A stretch of DNA of 63,583 nt, filler included, from Welwitschia mirabilis (Eukaryota): the NCBI GenBank assembly GCA_051453625.1. It is 7 parts of one record of this genome, joined end to end, with 100 filler letters (N's around TTAATTAATTAA, not from the genome) between each part and the next. Parts side by side here need not be neighbours in the genome. Positions count along the whole stretch, not along the records: positions 48,586 to 57,361 come from JBOZIK010000001.1; positions 57,462 to 63,583 come from JBOZIK010000001.1; 5 more parts are not named here. One strand, written 5' to 3'. Each line of letters opens with the position of its first letter. Positions within the stretch are counted from its first letter, which is position 1. This document shows, one piece after another, positions 51,451-63,583 of the stretch. The notes below the pieces were generated by a model. The model did not search any database. It had not been told where the DNA came from and was given only the letters and a program-made list of their open reading frames with translations. A program made the translations under genes and the position numbers.

Positions 51451-54400
51451 TATTGTGATGCTAATTTGAGGAATCTAATGGTATATTTTGAGTACTTTTT
51501 TAGGATATTTATATAGGTTTAAGTGCAATTCTGTTGATTATGGAGATATAATAGGATGATCATAGAAGCATGTAATTCTTGGCATATTTGGGATATTAGG
51601 TATGATCTAGTACTTAGTATATTGAAGGAAGACTAATGGCAAAGAAGGCTGATTTACTCTACTTACGAAGCTTGGGAGAGGTATCATCCCCACTATCATC
51701 CCCATGACAATCAAGAAGATAGCACTTCTACTTACCAAGATGTAGAACATGAACATGTAGCACAACACATGGTATCATCCCCTATGTCATTCTCATAACA
51801 TGCAGGATGACAACCCTTACATGGCAAAAGCTGCAAGGCTAACAGTAGCACATGGAGTACATAGAAATAGGTGGCATCATCTCCTATGTCATCTAGATTA
51901 TAAGTGGAATGATAGCTATTTTTACATATTCTGAAATAAATATCTTTATAAATGGGATCAAGTGATCCATGTGGGTTGCTAGGGTTTTCTTCACCAATGT
52001 CTAGGATTACTATTCTAGAACTTTTAATGTAAAACTATAAATACCCTTTTCTTCTTTACTTTCAAATCATCTTTTGTACTTAATATGCTTGTGATGGAAG
52101 CTTAAAGAAAAAGAGATTCATTTAGTGGCTACAGAAAGGGTTTTTCTTGGTGTTAGGATGAGTTTTTCCCATTGAGATGCTATTATTCTATTGTAAGTGG
52201 ATTTAAATTTATTTGAATTAATACAAATAGTCTTTTCATTCCAATTCTGTGAATGTCCCTTATAGTTTAAATTGTTCATAGTTAAGTGACAGCTCTATGA
52301 TTTATTTATATCATGAAGGCAACCTTTATTATGGTTGACCTTGGTTAATTTAAGTTTGCATTTCAATTCCATATTTCATATTACATATTATACTTGGTAG
52401 ATCTCATACTTTATGTTGGTTAAGAATTAGTTAAATGCTCTTCTTAATTTACTTGAATTATAGGAAGGAGNNNNNNNNNNNNNNNNNNNNNNNNNNNNNN
52501 NNNNNNNNNNNNNNNNNNNNNNNNNNNNNNNNNNNNNNNNNNNNNNNNNNNNNNNNNNNNNNNNNNNNNNNNNNNNNNNNNNNNNNNNNNNNNNNNNNNN
52601 NNNNNNCTATACTAACATGTTTCTTTCTAAAAGTTATTTGCTTTGTAAGTTTACCTAAAGGACTTCAAAATTTCATAAATTCACACTACAACATTTTAGT
52701 GCCATTGTCGAGAAAGGCCATAAGAAGCTAAGAGGATTATCACTAACTAGATTAGTATCCTGAATCCTCTATTTAGGTCATTTATTTAAATTAGTATTAT
52801 ATTTTTTTTGCTTATGTTAAAGTAGGTTTATTTATGCAAACTTATTTTACATAATTTTTCTTAGGGATCTCATCATTTTCTCTATCATCCTAATAACATA
52901 AGAAATGATAATTTAAGATTTTAAAATTAGTTTCTATTTTTTGTAATTTTTCTCTAGTTTTCTTTATAATAAACTATCATTTTATCTGTGATCCTCATGA
53001 CCAAAAGGATGACAATCTTAAATTTTTTTTCACATTTTTGGTGTTCTTTTTCCTGTCAAATAAATTAAGTATCATCATTTCTGTCATTTACATGATAGTT
53101 TGGTCAATAGTCTACTAGAATTTTTATCATTTCTGATTTTTGTTTTATTGTGATTATCATTCTTTCTATCATCCCCATGACAAGGCAGATGACAGTCTGC
53201 TGTTTTTGATTTTGCCTTTTTATTCATTATTGGAGCATGGAGGGATATCGTGAATTCTAGTAAGAAGACAAGATATCAGAGAGAGCAAAACATGATTGAA
53301 GAAAATATCAGAGAAGGATTATTGGACTTTGAGCTAAATCCAGATAGATACACCCTAGGTACACAAATTCCCAGAATTGAAGAAGAATATTTTTATGCTT
53401 TTATTATTTTAGAATTAGATTTTGCAAAAGAAAATTATAGTGTAGAAATCAATCATATTTTTTCTTTAAATATGTTAAATGTATCGAAAGTGTTACAAAA
53501 AAAAAAGTANNNNNNNNNNNNNNNNNNNNNNNNNNNNNNNNNNNNNNNNNNNNNNNNNNNNNNNNNNNNNNNNNNNNNNNNNNNNNNNNNNNNNNNNNNN
53601 NNNNNNNNNCTTGTAATAGAAGGATTAGGAACTAAGAGAATATAATTCATTTCCATTTTCATTCACTTGAATTTCATCTCCATTCACTTGCATTGCATTT
53701 ACTTTATTATTTACTTTCAGGCAATAAAAAATAAAAGACTAAAAATACCTTTGAAAATCAATTCTCTAACTCTGAGCCTAGTGCCTTCATTAGGATTATG
53801 ACATTCGTGTGAACTCCTGTCTATACTAACATGTGTCTTTCTAAAATCTATTTGCTTCATAAGTTTATCTAAAGGACTTCAAAATTACATAAATTCACAC
53901 TGGAACATTTTAGTGCTATCGTCGGGAAAGGCCACAAGGAGCTAAGAGGATTTTCACTAACTAGATTAGTATCTTGAATCCTCTATTCAAGTCATTTATT
54001 TAAATTAGTATTATAATTTTTTAGCTTATGTTAAAGTAGGTTTATTTCTACAAACTTATTTTACATAATTTTTCTTAGGGATATTGTCATTTTCTCTATC
54101 ACCCTAATATTTTCTATTTTTTGTAATTTTTCTCTAATTTTGTTCATAATAAACTATTATTTTGTTTGTCAACCTCATGATCAAAAGGATAACAGTCTTA
54201 AAATTTTTTCAATTTTTGGTATTTTCTTTTTCGTCAAATAAATTAAGTATCATCATTCCTGTCATCTGAATGATAGTTTAAACGTTAGTCTACTAGGAGT
54301 TTTGTAGTTTGTGATTTTTATTTTATTATGATTATCATTCTTTCTATCATCCCAATGATAAGGCAAATGATGGTCTGCTATTTTTGATTTTGCCTTTTTA

Positions 54401-57361
54401 TTCATTATTGGAGCATGTAGGAATATCGTGAATTCTGGTAAGAAGATAAGATATTAGAGAGAGCAAAACTTGATTGAAGAAAATATCAAAGAAGGATTAT
54501 TAGACTTTGAGCTAAATCCAGATAGATACACCCTAGGTATAAAAATTTTCAGAATTGAAGAAGAATATTTTTCTGCTTTTATTATTTTAGAATTAGATTT
54601 TGCAAATGAAAATTATTGTGTAGAAATCAATCATATTTTTTCTTTAAATATTTTAAATGTATCGTAAGTGTTATAAAAACAAAAGCAAGTTACTTCATCT
54701 AATGCCCTAGGAACTTCTTCTTCAAATGGAAACATTACTCTTAGGGATTAATTGCTAATCGAAAATATGAAATTCAAAATGATTTTGATTTATCCCCTAG
54801 AGATGATGTAGAACTAAGAAATTTAAATGCTTATCTAACTTTTTTAGGGAAACCAGAGAANNNNNNNNNNNNNNNNNNNNNNNNNNNNNNNNNNNNNNNN
54901 NNNNNNNNNNNNNNNNNNNNNNNNNNNNNNNNNNNNNNNNNNNNNNNNNNNNNNNNNNNNTTCAAATGAGAACATTACTCTTAGGGATTAATTACTAATT
55001 GAAAATATGAAATTCAAAATACTTTTGATTTATGTCCTAGAGATGATATAGAACTAAGAAATTTAAATGCTTATCCAACTTTTTTAGGGAAACCAAAGAA
55101 AGATCCTTTTCAAAATTTAGCTGATATTGAACAACTTGTGCTTACCTCAAGAAATGGAAAAAAAATGTATTAGTGACTAAAATTACATGATTATTTTTTC
55201 AGTCACCCTTAGAGAAAGAGGAAAATTTTGGCTCAAAACCATTCTACATAAGAGCCTTAAATCTTAGAGTCAAGAGCAAAAAAGATTTTTGAGTGAGAGT
55301 TTCATGAGGAAGAGATGAAAATAAGTAATCAGGTTTCAATAACAAAATCATGAGGATTATGTAATAACTTATGAATATTTTATAATTGCTAGCCATTCCA
55401 ACCCTATTAATGAATTTTGTAAAGAAGAACTAGTAGATTATTGTTATAGTGGATTAAATGCTTTGATAAAATAACTTGTAAATTTTTCTTATGGGGATAA
55501 CTTATTAAATTTAAGCCTAAATGATGCATGAAGTATGCTAGAAAATTTGGTAGAAATAAGTTAAACTTAGCCTAAAATCACTAAAGAAAATTATACTATA
55601 GGACAAATTTTGAAAGATTTAAATGAAGTGAATCATGACAGGGAAAAAGAAAGGAAGGATTCAACCAATCTGATGAAAGATTTTACTATTACTCTAGATA
55701 AATATACTCAAATGATAGTTTATGAAAAAGTAGTAAAGAATGAAATCCCAACTTCAAATTGTAAACTTTATGAAGATTATTCTCATCTAACAAAAGAATG
55801 TCCTTTGTTATCAACTTGTAAAGAAAAGATATTTGAGGAAGTGTTTTCTTTCAATTAAAGAGCACCTAACTTTAAAAATCAACTACAATTCCAACAAATA
55901 TTAGGGGGAAATCTCAATGAAAATCTTTTGAAAATAGATTTAAGAATTTCAACTTCTAATCTAATTTTCAACATCATCTAAATAATATCCTTAGAGAATT
56001 CATAGAAGAGATGATAAAATGCAGGAGAAAAATAATAGCAACATTGAGAACCTAGTAAACATGATTTAATAAAAAATTCTTGCTAACTAAAGACCATAAG
56101 GATCTCTTGCATCTCAACAAGTTTCTAACCCCAATGGAGTTATAAGAGATTTAAAAATAGTGATAAGAAGTAAAAAAGATATAAGACCTCCTACCTATGA
56201 GGTTTTAACTTCTAAACAAAATAATGAAATAAATGAGGAAGACGATGTGAAAATTTTAGACTCTTATAAACTTCCATCTGCATCACCTGTTAAGGCCTCT
56301 ATTAAAAATAATTTAAAGGAAAATAACAGAAAGAAACCATCCATTCTTGGCTTGATAGATTAAACACAAATTCTACTTTTGATAAACACCTGAAACCTTG
56401 ATGCAAGAAGTCAACATCAACTTAACCTTTTGGAAACTCTTGCAAGAAAATCATAAATATTCTAAGCTATGAAAAGATTTAGTAAGAANNNNNNNNNNNN
56501 NNNNNNNNNNNNNNNNNNNNNNNNNNNNNNNNNNNNNNNNNNNNNNNNNNNNNNNNNNNNNNNNNNNNNNNNNNNNNNNNNNNNNNNNAAATCTTTTGAA
56601 AATAGATTTAAGAATTTCAACTTTGAACCTAATTTTCAACAACATCTAAATGATTTCCTTAGAGCATTCATAGAAGAGATGAGAAAATGCAAGACAAAAA
56701 TAATAGCAACATTGAGAACCTAGTAAATATGCTTTAACAAAAAATGCTTGCTAACCAAAGACCATAAGGATCTCTTACATCTTAACGAGTGTCCAACCCC
56801 AATGAAGTTAGAAGAGATTTAAAAATAGTGATAAGAAGTAAAAAGGATATAAGACCTCCTACCTATGAGGTTTTAACTTCTAAACAAAACAATGAAATAA
56901 ATGAGGAAGACGATGTGAAAATTTTAGACTCTTATAACCTTCCATCTACATCACCTACTAAGGCCTCTACTAAAAATAATTTAAAGAAAAATAAAAGAAA
57001 GAAATCATACACCCCTTGGCTTGATATATTAAACAAAATTTCTACTTTTGATGAACACGTAAAAGCATTGATGCCAGAAGTTAATATCAAGTTAATCTTT
57101 TGGAAAATCTTGCAAGAAAATCACAAATATTCTAAGCTATGAAAAGATTTAGTAAGAAGGAAGAAAAAACACATCATTTTTAGCAAAGTTTTTATTGTCC
57201 AATATCCTTTTAACTTAGTCATAAAAAGATGTCCTAAATTTAAAGACCCAAAGGTTGCAACTGTAAGTGTTACCTTAGAAGAAAATAAAAGAATTCAAAA
57301 ACATTATGCCTCTTTACATATGTAAAAGACTTAGGTTAAAAAGTAGAGTTAAACCTACATC
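51451..57361 (+). mobile_element. Athila-like Ty3/gypsy element: 5' LTR, tRNA-Asp PBS, decayed gag to start of protease region
   Basis: LTR 51451-52693 is the same family as 47622/49325. PBS ttttagtgccattgtcgagaa and ttttagtgctatcgtcgggaa (53908) are deaminated TTTGGCGCCGTTGCCGGGGA. Parts are duplicated across 100-N gaps. Confidence 0.85.
54428..57290 (+). pseudogene. Athila gag (retrotransposon gag domain) relic
   Basis: YPTFLGKPKKDPFQNL, LRERGKFWL, ELVDYCYSGLN..LVNFSYGDNLL, knuckle CKLYEDYSHLTKECP, SNPN..IVIRSKK, EVNIKLIFWKILQENHKYSK and PKFKDP follow the Athila gag-to-protease order. Confidence 0.8.
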
Positions 57362-57461
57362 NNNNNNNNNNNNNNNNNNNNNNNNNNNNNNNNNNNNNNN
57401 NNNNNTTAATTAATTAANNNNNNNNNNNNNNNNNNNNNNNNNNNNNNNNNNNNNNNNNNNN

Positions 57462-57647
57462 TTATCATCCAAAAATATTTTTTATTCATATCTACATAGA
57501 ATGCTTGTAATTTATCTAGAAATTACATGTTTTCATTCCTTTCATCTCGGTTCTCCATTATCATGAGAACTCAGCATTTATCTGCCAATTTACCTACAAA
57601 ACAACTCAAAATATCCCATCAAATGCACATAAGTTAGTAACACAACA
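57462..57647 (-). mobile_element. 5' end of an Athila-like LTR (same family as 18690-19150)
   Basis: aaaacaactcaaaata.cc.a.caaat.cacataagtt..acaaca is shared with 19100-19150. The minus strand starts TGTTGTG. Confidence 0.65.
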
Positions 57648-58346
57648 ACCACCTCTATCTTATGTATTATGCTTAAAGATGAGGATAAGAAACTAAAAAT
57701 ATCAAGGGGAAATATGAAATTATAATGGCTAAAAAAATAGAAGATATGTTGTATGATTAAATTAAAACAATTAAATTAATGTCTTCACTTATGATATATT
57801 AACTTATGATACTTGAAAAATATGAAAATATTTAAACATTAATAAAAAATGGAAAATAACATCTAGAAAATATTATAAATTCCTCTAAATATTCTCTTCT
57901 TCATTTATATTATTGAATGAAAAGATAGAGATAATACCAAAAGTGAAATCAAACCAATGATATTAGAGCCATGTTGCTACATTAATACTAATAATACCAT
58001 AGTTAATCATTATTATAATTCAAGAAGGATGCACTAATAACACAAAAACACCATGAAATTAAGAATGAGAGATAGACAAGAACATATATTCAAGAGTAAT
58101 ATAATTATAGAAAAATGAAGATAACTACTAAAAATTTTGACTTCATGTAAATTAATAATATTAAAAAGAGAGGAAAAAAATAACAAGAATTTTTTTGATA
58201 TAAAGAGGATAAAGTTAGCCTCTAATGTTGAAAAAAAAAATCAACAAATAGAAATGAAAAGATCAGAGGCATTTCCCACATAAAATCTCTTATCATCCTT
58301 ACTATTATTATTTAGATCTATAATCATAGTGGTATTACCTTTGCTA

Positions 58347-59908
58347 TGATAGGATTGAGAACTCTAATCTAAAGCACAACTTGTATACACAAATAAACTA
58401 TTCTAGAAAGTGCATAATATGAGAAAATACTAAAAGTAAAGAATCAAAAACTGAAAACACAAAATACCATTTAGATGCAAGCGAGATTTATAGTGGTTTA
58501 GGAAATCTCCTACTCTACTCTCGATGATCAGCTTATTCCCAAGTTAAATCTAAAATCTTCATTACTCCATTAGGTATTTCAAGTTTACCTATAACCTTTA
58601 CAAACAAACTTTTCAATGCTAAGTCTCAACCTTTAGAATGAACTTTCAAGGGTAAGTCTCAATTTTTAGAAAGGACTTTTCAAGCCTAAGTCTCAACTTT
58701 TAAAATAGACTTTTCAAGTCTAAGTCTTAACCTATAGAATGGACTTTTTAAGGCTAAGTATTAACCTATAGAATAAACTTTTCAAGGCTAAGTCTCAACC
58801 TATAAAAAGTAGGGTGGTAAAGTAATGATGCTTTAAAAGAACAGATATCACTCATTCTGGAATCAGTACATTTGATTGAGCTCTCCTCCTATGATAGTAC
58901 AATAATGGAAGCTCTAGATCTGACCTTGAATGTAGAAAGTACGTCAATAGTAGATCTCCTTTAGTTAGATACAGTGATGCTAATATACAACAGTGATAAT
59001 CATACAAATCCAATACTTGATCCATTAGATTCAATAGATTTGAATAGATAAGAGTAGTTCCAAAAAGTTCTATTATCATCTATGGCTTAGCTATTTATAA
59101 TGGAAGGATTTTAGGGTTTATTAGATTTGAATTATGCCATTAACAGCTATAAATGGCTAGAAAATGNNNNNNNNNNNNNNNCATTTATAAAAATTTCATT
59201 TCTACTCCGTTTGGTCAACCACAAAAAAATTTGGTCGACTCTATGTAGTGCTGTGAGTTACACAGGTCGCCTAAGTGAGAAATTTAGTTACTCCAATTTC
59301 TTATGGCTTCCTATCCAACCGATCCCATATTGGTCTAGTCAATCCCAGTCTGATCCCCTCCCTCTATTCATCTAGTCACTCGCTCTTTTGATAAACTTTC
59401 TTTCCAGTTTCCTACATTGAGTCCAGTTGACCCCATCCTAGGTCCAGTCAATCCCATAATGATTGGTCCAGGCGTACTAGTTACAGTTTTTTAGTCTAGT
59501 TAACCTCATAATAGGTTCAGTCAATCCCTTATCATTTCACTTGAGGATACTGTCTGTCAGGTCCTCAAATCTGATCGACCCGATATACATTCAATCAATC
59601 CATTTCCATTCAGTTCAGGGATAGTGGTTCTCTAGGTTATAGGTTTGATCGACTCCATCAAAATCTGATTGACCCCTTTAAATGCAATTTATTTTTCTAT
59701 TTGCTTCAGGTGTGGTCGACCCCTTGAGAATCTAGTCAATCCCAACTTAAGGATAAATAGACTAACAGGTTTCTAGTATTCAGAATTTATCCATTTTTAA
59801 TTCCATCTTTTAACCTACAAATAATTTAATATCTTATACACAAAATACATAAAATTTCCTATACAGAAAACATTAGTTTGACATTAATTGATAAAACGTA
59901 ATCCAATA
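58347..59908 (-). repeat. 3' LTR of the SIRE-like element (~1.56 kb)
   Basis: Starts immediately after the PPT (TATTGG, from TGTTGG) and ends ATCCTATCA. TATA box TATAAATAG at ~59091-59099. Repeated (g/a)tcgac palindromic motifs in U3 (59210-59740). Confidence 0.75.
58608..58806. repeat. 34-bp tandem repeat x6 inside the LTR
   Basis: Unit acttttcaaggctaagtctcaacctatagaat(ag/gg); the aagt core recurs at 58621, 58654, 58688, 58722, 58756 and 58790. Confidence 0.93.
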
Positions 59909-60599
59909 ATCTCCCCCTTTGATATTGATGTTAAACAATAGTTAGTTGTGACAAAATTAGATCTTATAGAGAAATTCTTCCTTACAAAATGCTTATTTAC
60001 AAACTAATATTCCAATTTAAAACAAGTTAACACATTTTGAATAAACAAATTTTATGCTTTGAATGCAACCAATTTAATATGCACATTCGAGAGTTTAAAG
60101 GGCATAACTGTATGATAGACATAATGTGATCAAGAATACTTATTTAGCATTGAATTAGATGACATAAATTTTGGTTCATTTCCAAATTTTACAATGACTT
60201 TAAGTTTTTTAAATTAAGTACATATGATATTAAAAGAAAACATATTTGACATATATAATTTATGAAAGGCACAATAAGTTNNNNNNNNNNNNNNNNNNNN
60301 NNNNNNNNNNNNNNNNNNNNNNNNNNNNNNNNNNNNNNNNNNNNNNNNNNNNNNNNNNNNNNNNNNNNNNNNNNNNNNNNNNNNNNNNNNNNNNNNNNNN
60401 NNNNNNNNNNNNNNNNNNNNNNNNNNNNNNNNNNNNNNNNNNNNNNNNNNNNNNNNNNNNNNNNNNNNNNNNNNNNNNNNNNNTAAACTAGTAGCTTTTA
60501 CTAAGGTATTAGTAATATCATATACAACTACAATAAGGGCTTTCTTTATATCTCTGGTATAGGAGTTAATTCATCTTCGATATGAAAGGGTCTCATCAA

Positions 60600-61449
60600 G
60601 AGATGCTTTCTTTAGTGAAAGAGATTTTAAAGATTTCTTAGAGGGGGCCAAAATATGCATGCAGGATAAGGTCACATTCCTAATGGATGCCATAGTCTAA
60701 AGGGTTTCCATCTTAGGATGTAAGTTGATTAAAAAATGATAACAAATGCTAGTAATAATCATAGAGTAGGGTAAAGCCTTAGTTTTGTGATACTCCAGCT
60801 CCAAGACCATATTCTTTAATATTATAGCAAGAGCATCAATACAGTGCTCAATCCCTACTAAATACATCAAATAGGCTTGATAGCAAGAGGCCTCATTACG
60901 ATGATCAACCAAAGGTAAAAATTTATAGGTAAAAATCAAATGCAGAAAGTAGTATTTTGGAGTCAACAAAAAAGAAGATAAAGTGTTCTTTCAAGTGTGC
61001 AACGTATCATAAAGCTCTTTGATAACCACAGGCTTATCTTTCATGGTGTCTTGAAGAGGCCAAAACTCTTTATAGCTTCTCCTTAGAAGATTAGTTAGCT
61101 CTGAAATAAGATTTACTGTCACTCTTATCTGCTTCTCCAAGAGAAGGATCTCAAGGGTTCTGGTATTACAATTAAAAGAAGCATTATAATAAAACATTAT
61201 AGTAAGAAAGGGATAAGCTACATCAGATACATCCAAGAAATGATCAAAATCCTGATCTCTTAGGAGNNNNNNNNNNNNNNNNNNNNNNNNNNNNNNNNAG
61301 GTGGCTACAGACTACTTTTAGCACATAACCTTCTTCTCAAACTTATCAAAAAACTTTTTAATCTCTTCCTCTGACATTCCTTGGTATAATATAGCACGAT
61401 CTCTAGAGGGAGCCTCCTTTACTCTTCTCCTGAATTGGCTTTCTATCAT
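60600..61449 (-). pseudogene. SIRE env-like / 'putative plant transposon protein' extra ORF, disrupted
   Basis: VAYPFLTIMFYYN (cf. VYPxLVxxFYAN), FLHLIFTYKFLP and ALPYSMIITSI (cf. LPYGxLITxI). Lies between pol and the PPT. Confidence 0.7.
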
Positions 61450-61943
61450 TTCAAGACTTTTACAAGTAAAAAGGAGTTGAGAAAATCACTAGATCTGGAA
61501 GAAAAGCTCTGGATCTTGAAATAAGGGCACTAGANNNNNNNNNNNNNNNNNNNNATAATACAATGAAATCAATTTAATGTTCTATCTCTTTTATAGACTA
61601 TGCAAAATAGGGTGAAATGAAGAAAGAAATCAGTTCCATCAACTGTACTTACACACTATAATCCATTAGGTCCGGTTGACTGATTGAGGTTCTGGTCAAC
61701 TTATCGAGATGTAAGTCTATGGTACTAGAAGAGGTCTAGGTGACTGGGCTTTTAGGCTAGTCTATCGATCACATCTGGTCGACCGAATAATAGATCCGAT
61801 CGACTACCCTACAATTAGCCAAAGAATGGTGACTGAACCCCTANNNNNNNNNNNNNNNNNNNNNNNNNNNNNNNNNNNNNNNNNNNNNNNNNNNNNNNNN
61901 NNNNNNNNNNNNNNNNNNNNNNNNNNNNNNNNNNNNNNNNNNN

Positions 61944-62415
61944 CCTAGATCATTTTTATAATTAAAAAAATTATAGATATAGGGTATTACATTAGAATTC
62001 AATAAAAAATGTTTAGTTTCATTAAGATTTATTCTAACATCATAGTTTGCATGAAATGATTGATCAATCAATTTAGAATCTACTCTATAAACATTATTCA
62101 CTTGTTTTACAGAAAAGATAGAAACATTTATTTTCTCATATATAACTTTACATTTTGATTTATTAAAAATTACTTTGTAACCTTTATCAAATAATTGACT
62201 AATTCTTAATAAATTATGTTTTAGTCCATCTACATAAAACATATCATTAAGTTTAGGCAACTTACCTTACTTGATTCATCCTATACCTTCTATTTTTTCC
62301 TTTTAGTTATTTTCAAAAATGACTTCTCCTCTATTTGTACTCTTCATGTATTAAAAGATCAATTTTTCTCCTGATATATGCCTTAAGAAACTATTGTCTA
62401 CATACCAACTATTTG
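61944..62415 (-). pseudogene. Copia protease / GAG-pre-integrase region
   Basis: WYVDNSFLRHISG (cf. WYLDSGCSRHMTG) and YVDGLKHNLLRISQLFDKGYKVIF (cf. VDGLKHNLLSISQLCDKG). Confidence 0.85.
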
Positions 62416-62729
62416 TACATGGTCTTCTGTGAGCTATCTATGTTAGAAAACTTTAAAGATTGTTAGCTCTAATCCACTTAGTCTTATTAGACTTAGGGGG
62501 TATACTTTTCTTAAGAATGAATTTAACAAGTAATTTACTTATAGTTTCTAAAAAAAGCATTAATTGTCTAATTTTTCAAAAGGCTTTGAATGACTAAATT
62601 TACCATAAGAATTACATGAAAGTTTAGAAGCATACTTACTCTTTTAATTTACCTGTTCTTAAGATTTTTGTGAACTAAAGCTAATACCTGATCTATATCT
62701 AGCAGGTTTTCGCACTTCAAACATCTATT

Positions 62730-63583
62730 CTAATTCAAATGAGCTACTAAAGAATTTATTAATAAAAAAAGATCTTTTACTTGAGATATTAGTTTGGTAT
62801 TATTAGATTTTAGCACATTACATTTATCTTTCAATTCATCTTTTTCTTTGATAATAGTATTCACTATTTTGTTTAACACATTTATCCTCTTAGCTACCTT
62901 TTCACATTCTTCATACAACTCTTGATATGTATCTTCTAACTCCTCATCTTTTTCATTTATCATATCCAAATCATTAGGTATTGATGTGCTAGGAACATCT
63001 TTGAGTGATATCACTTATCTCTCCCAAGTAGTAATAAATGAAGGATTCTTTGACTTTCTATTATCTCTCATTGTGTTAGGGCACTTATTTATCATATGAT
63101 TAAATCCTTTGTATGAGTAGCATTGGATCTCTTTCCTCTTATCTTGCTCCATTATTTGTTTTAGATGACTTATTTTTGCGTTTTTACTTGATTCTCCTTC
63201 CTTTTTCTTCCTATGAAAAAATTTCTTGAATCTTCTAGCCAGAAGAGACATTTCATCATCATCAAATTTCTCATCTAATTTATCAGATCTATAGTCTTCT
63301 TGCATATATTTTAAAGCAATACTTCTCTTCTTATCTTTAACAAATTTAATATCATAGGTTTGCAATTTACCTTAAAATTCTTTTAGTGTTATTTCATTAA
63401 TGTTCTTGCTCTCTTTGATGGTTGTGGCCTTCGTTTCAAATCTCTTGGGTAGGAATCAGATCTTCTTTATCACTTTTCATTCCTCCATGCATTATCCAAG
63501 GCTTGCCATTGAGTTCACAATATTAGTAAGTCTAGGAAAAATTCCTGCAATGTTTTTTCTTCATCCATATGGATATCTTCAAA
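62730..63583 (-). pseudogene. Copia (SIRE-type) gag with zinc knuckle and coiled-coil
   Basis: KKRSIALK, DDEMSLLARRFKKFF and IQCYSYKGFNHMINKCP (degenerate CCHC), followed by an E/K-rich coiled-coil ORF. Confidence 0.88.

Larger units (their letters stand above)
58347..63583 (-). mobile_element. SIRE/Maximus-like Ty1/copia retrotransposon (3' LTR, env-like ORF, partial gag-pol); 5' end lies outside the window
   Basis: Gag, protease and pre-integrase motifs at 61944-63583, extra ORF at ~60600-61449, PPT AAAGGGGGAGAT (59909-59920) and an LTR ending ..ATCCTATCA at 58347. Confidence 0.85.

Noticed and set aside
58608..58806. 34-bp repeats as a CRISPR-like array
   Set aside because: Units are contiguous with no unique spacers, lie in a plant LTR, and no cas genes are present.
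59110..59120. TTAGGGTTT motifs (also ~33906 and ~51980) as telomeric repeats
   Set aside because: Single telo-box-like copies inside LTR promoters, not arrays.
61844..61943. SIRE element apparently lacking integrase, RT and RNase H
   Set aside because: The missing domains coincide with a 100-N gap of unknown size, so a real deletion cannot be claimed.

Overview
AT-rich, gap-riddled eukaryotic draft assembly. Seven scaffold pieces are joined by an artificial N44-TTAATTAATTAA-N44 linker. The host is most likely a flowering plant, inferred from Athila-type Ty3/gypsy, SIRE-type Ty1/copia and CACTA elements and a plant NHL-gene fragment. I found no intact protein-coding gene, rRNA, tRNA or CRISPR array. 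The window is a nest of old transposon remnants eroded by C>T/G>A changes. (1) A CpG-rich island at ~2.5-3.2 kb. (2) A tandem array of a ~5.6 kb unit (3.6-18.6 kb) built from two different decayed LINE reverse transcriptases whose motifs look atypical for angiosperm LINEs. (3) Athila LTRs, gag and protease relics, including one element with a 5-bp TSD. (4) Two CACTA elements, one complete with TIRs and a 3-bp TSD; a captured-looking NHL-domain gene fragment lies left of the other's terminus. (5) A SIRE-like copia element with an env-like extra ORF. Almost every 100-N gap is flanked by two copies of the same sequence, ~5-10% diverged, suggesting that two diverged haplotypes or duplicates are interleaved. 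All family assignments come from manual motif reading, not database searches. I do not see a convincing new biological system; the LINE-derived array is the best candidate for something unusual.
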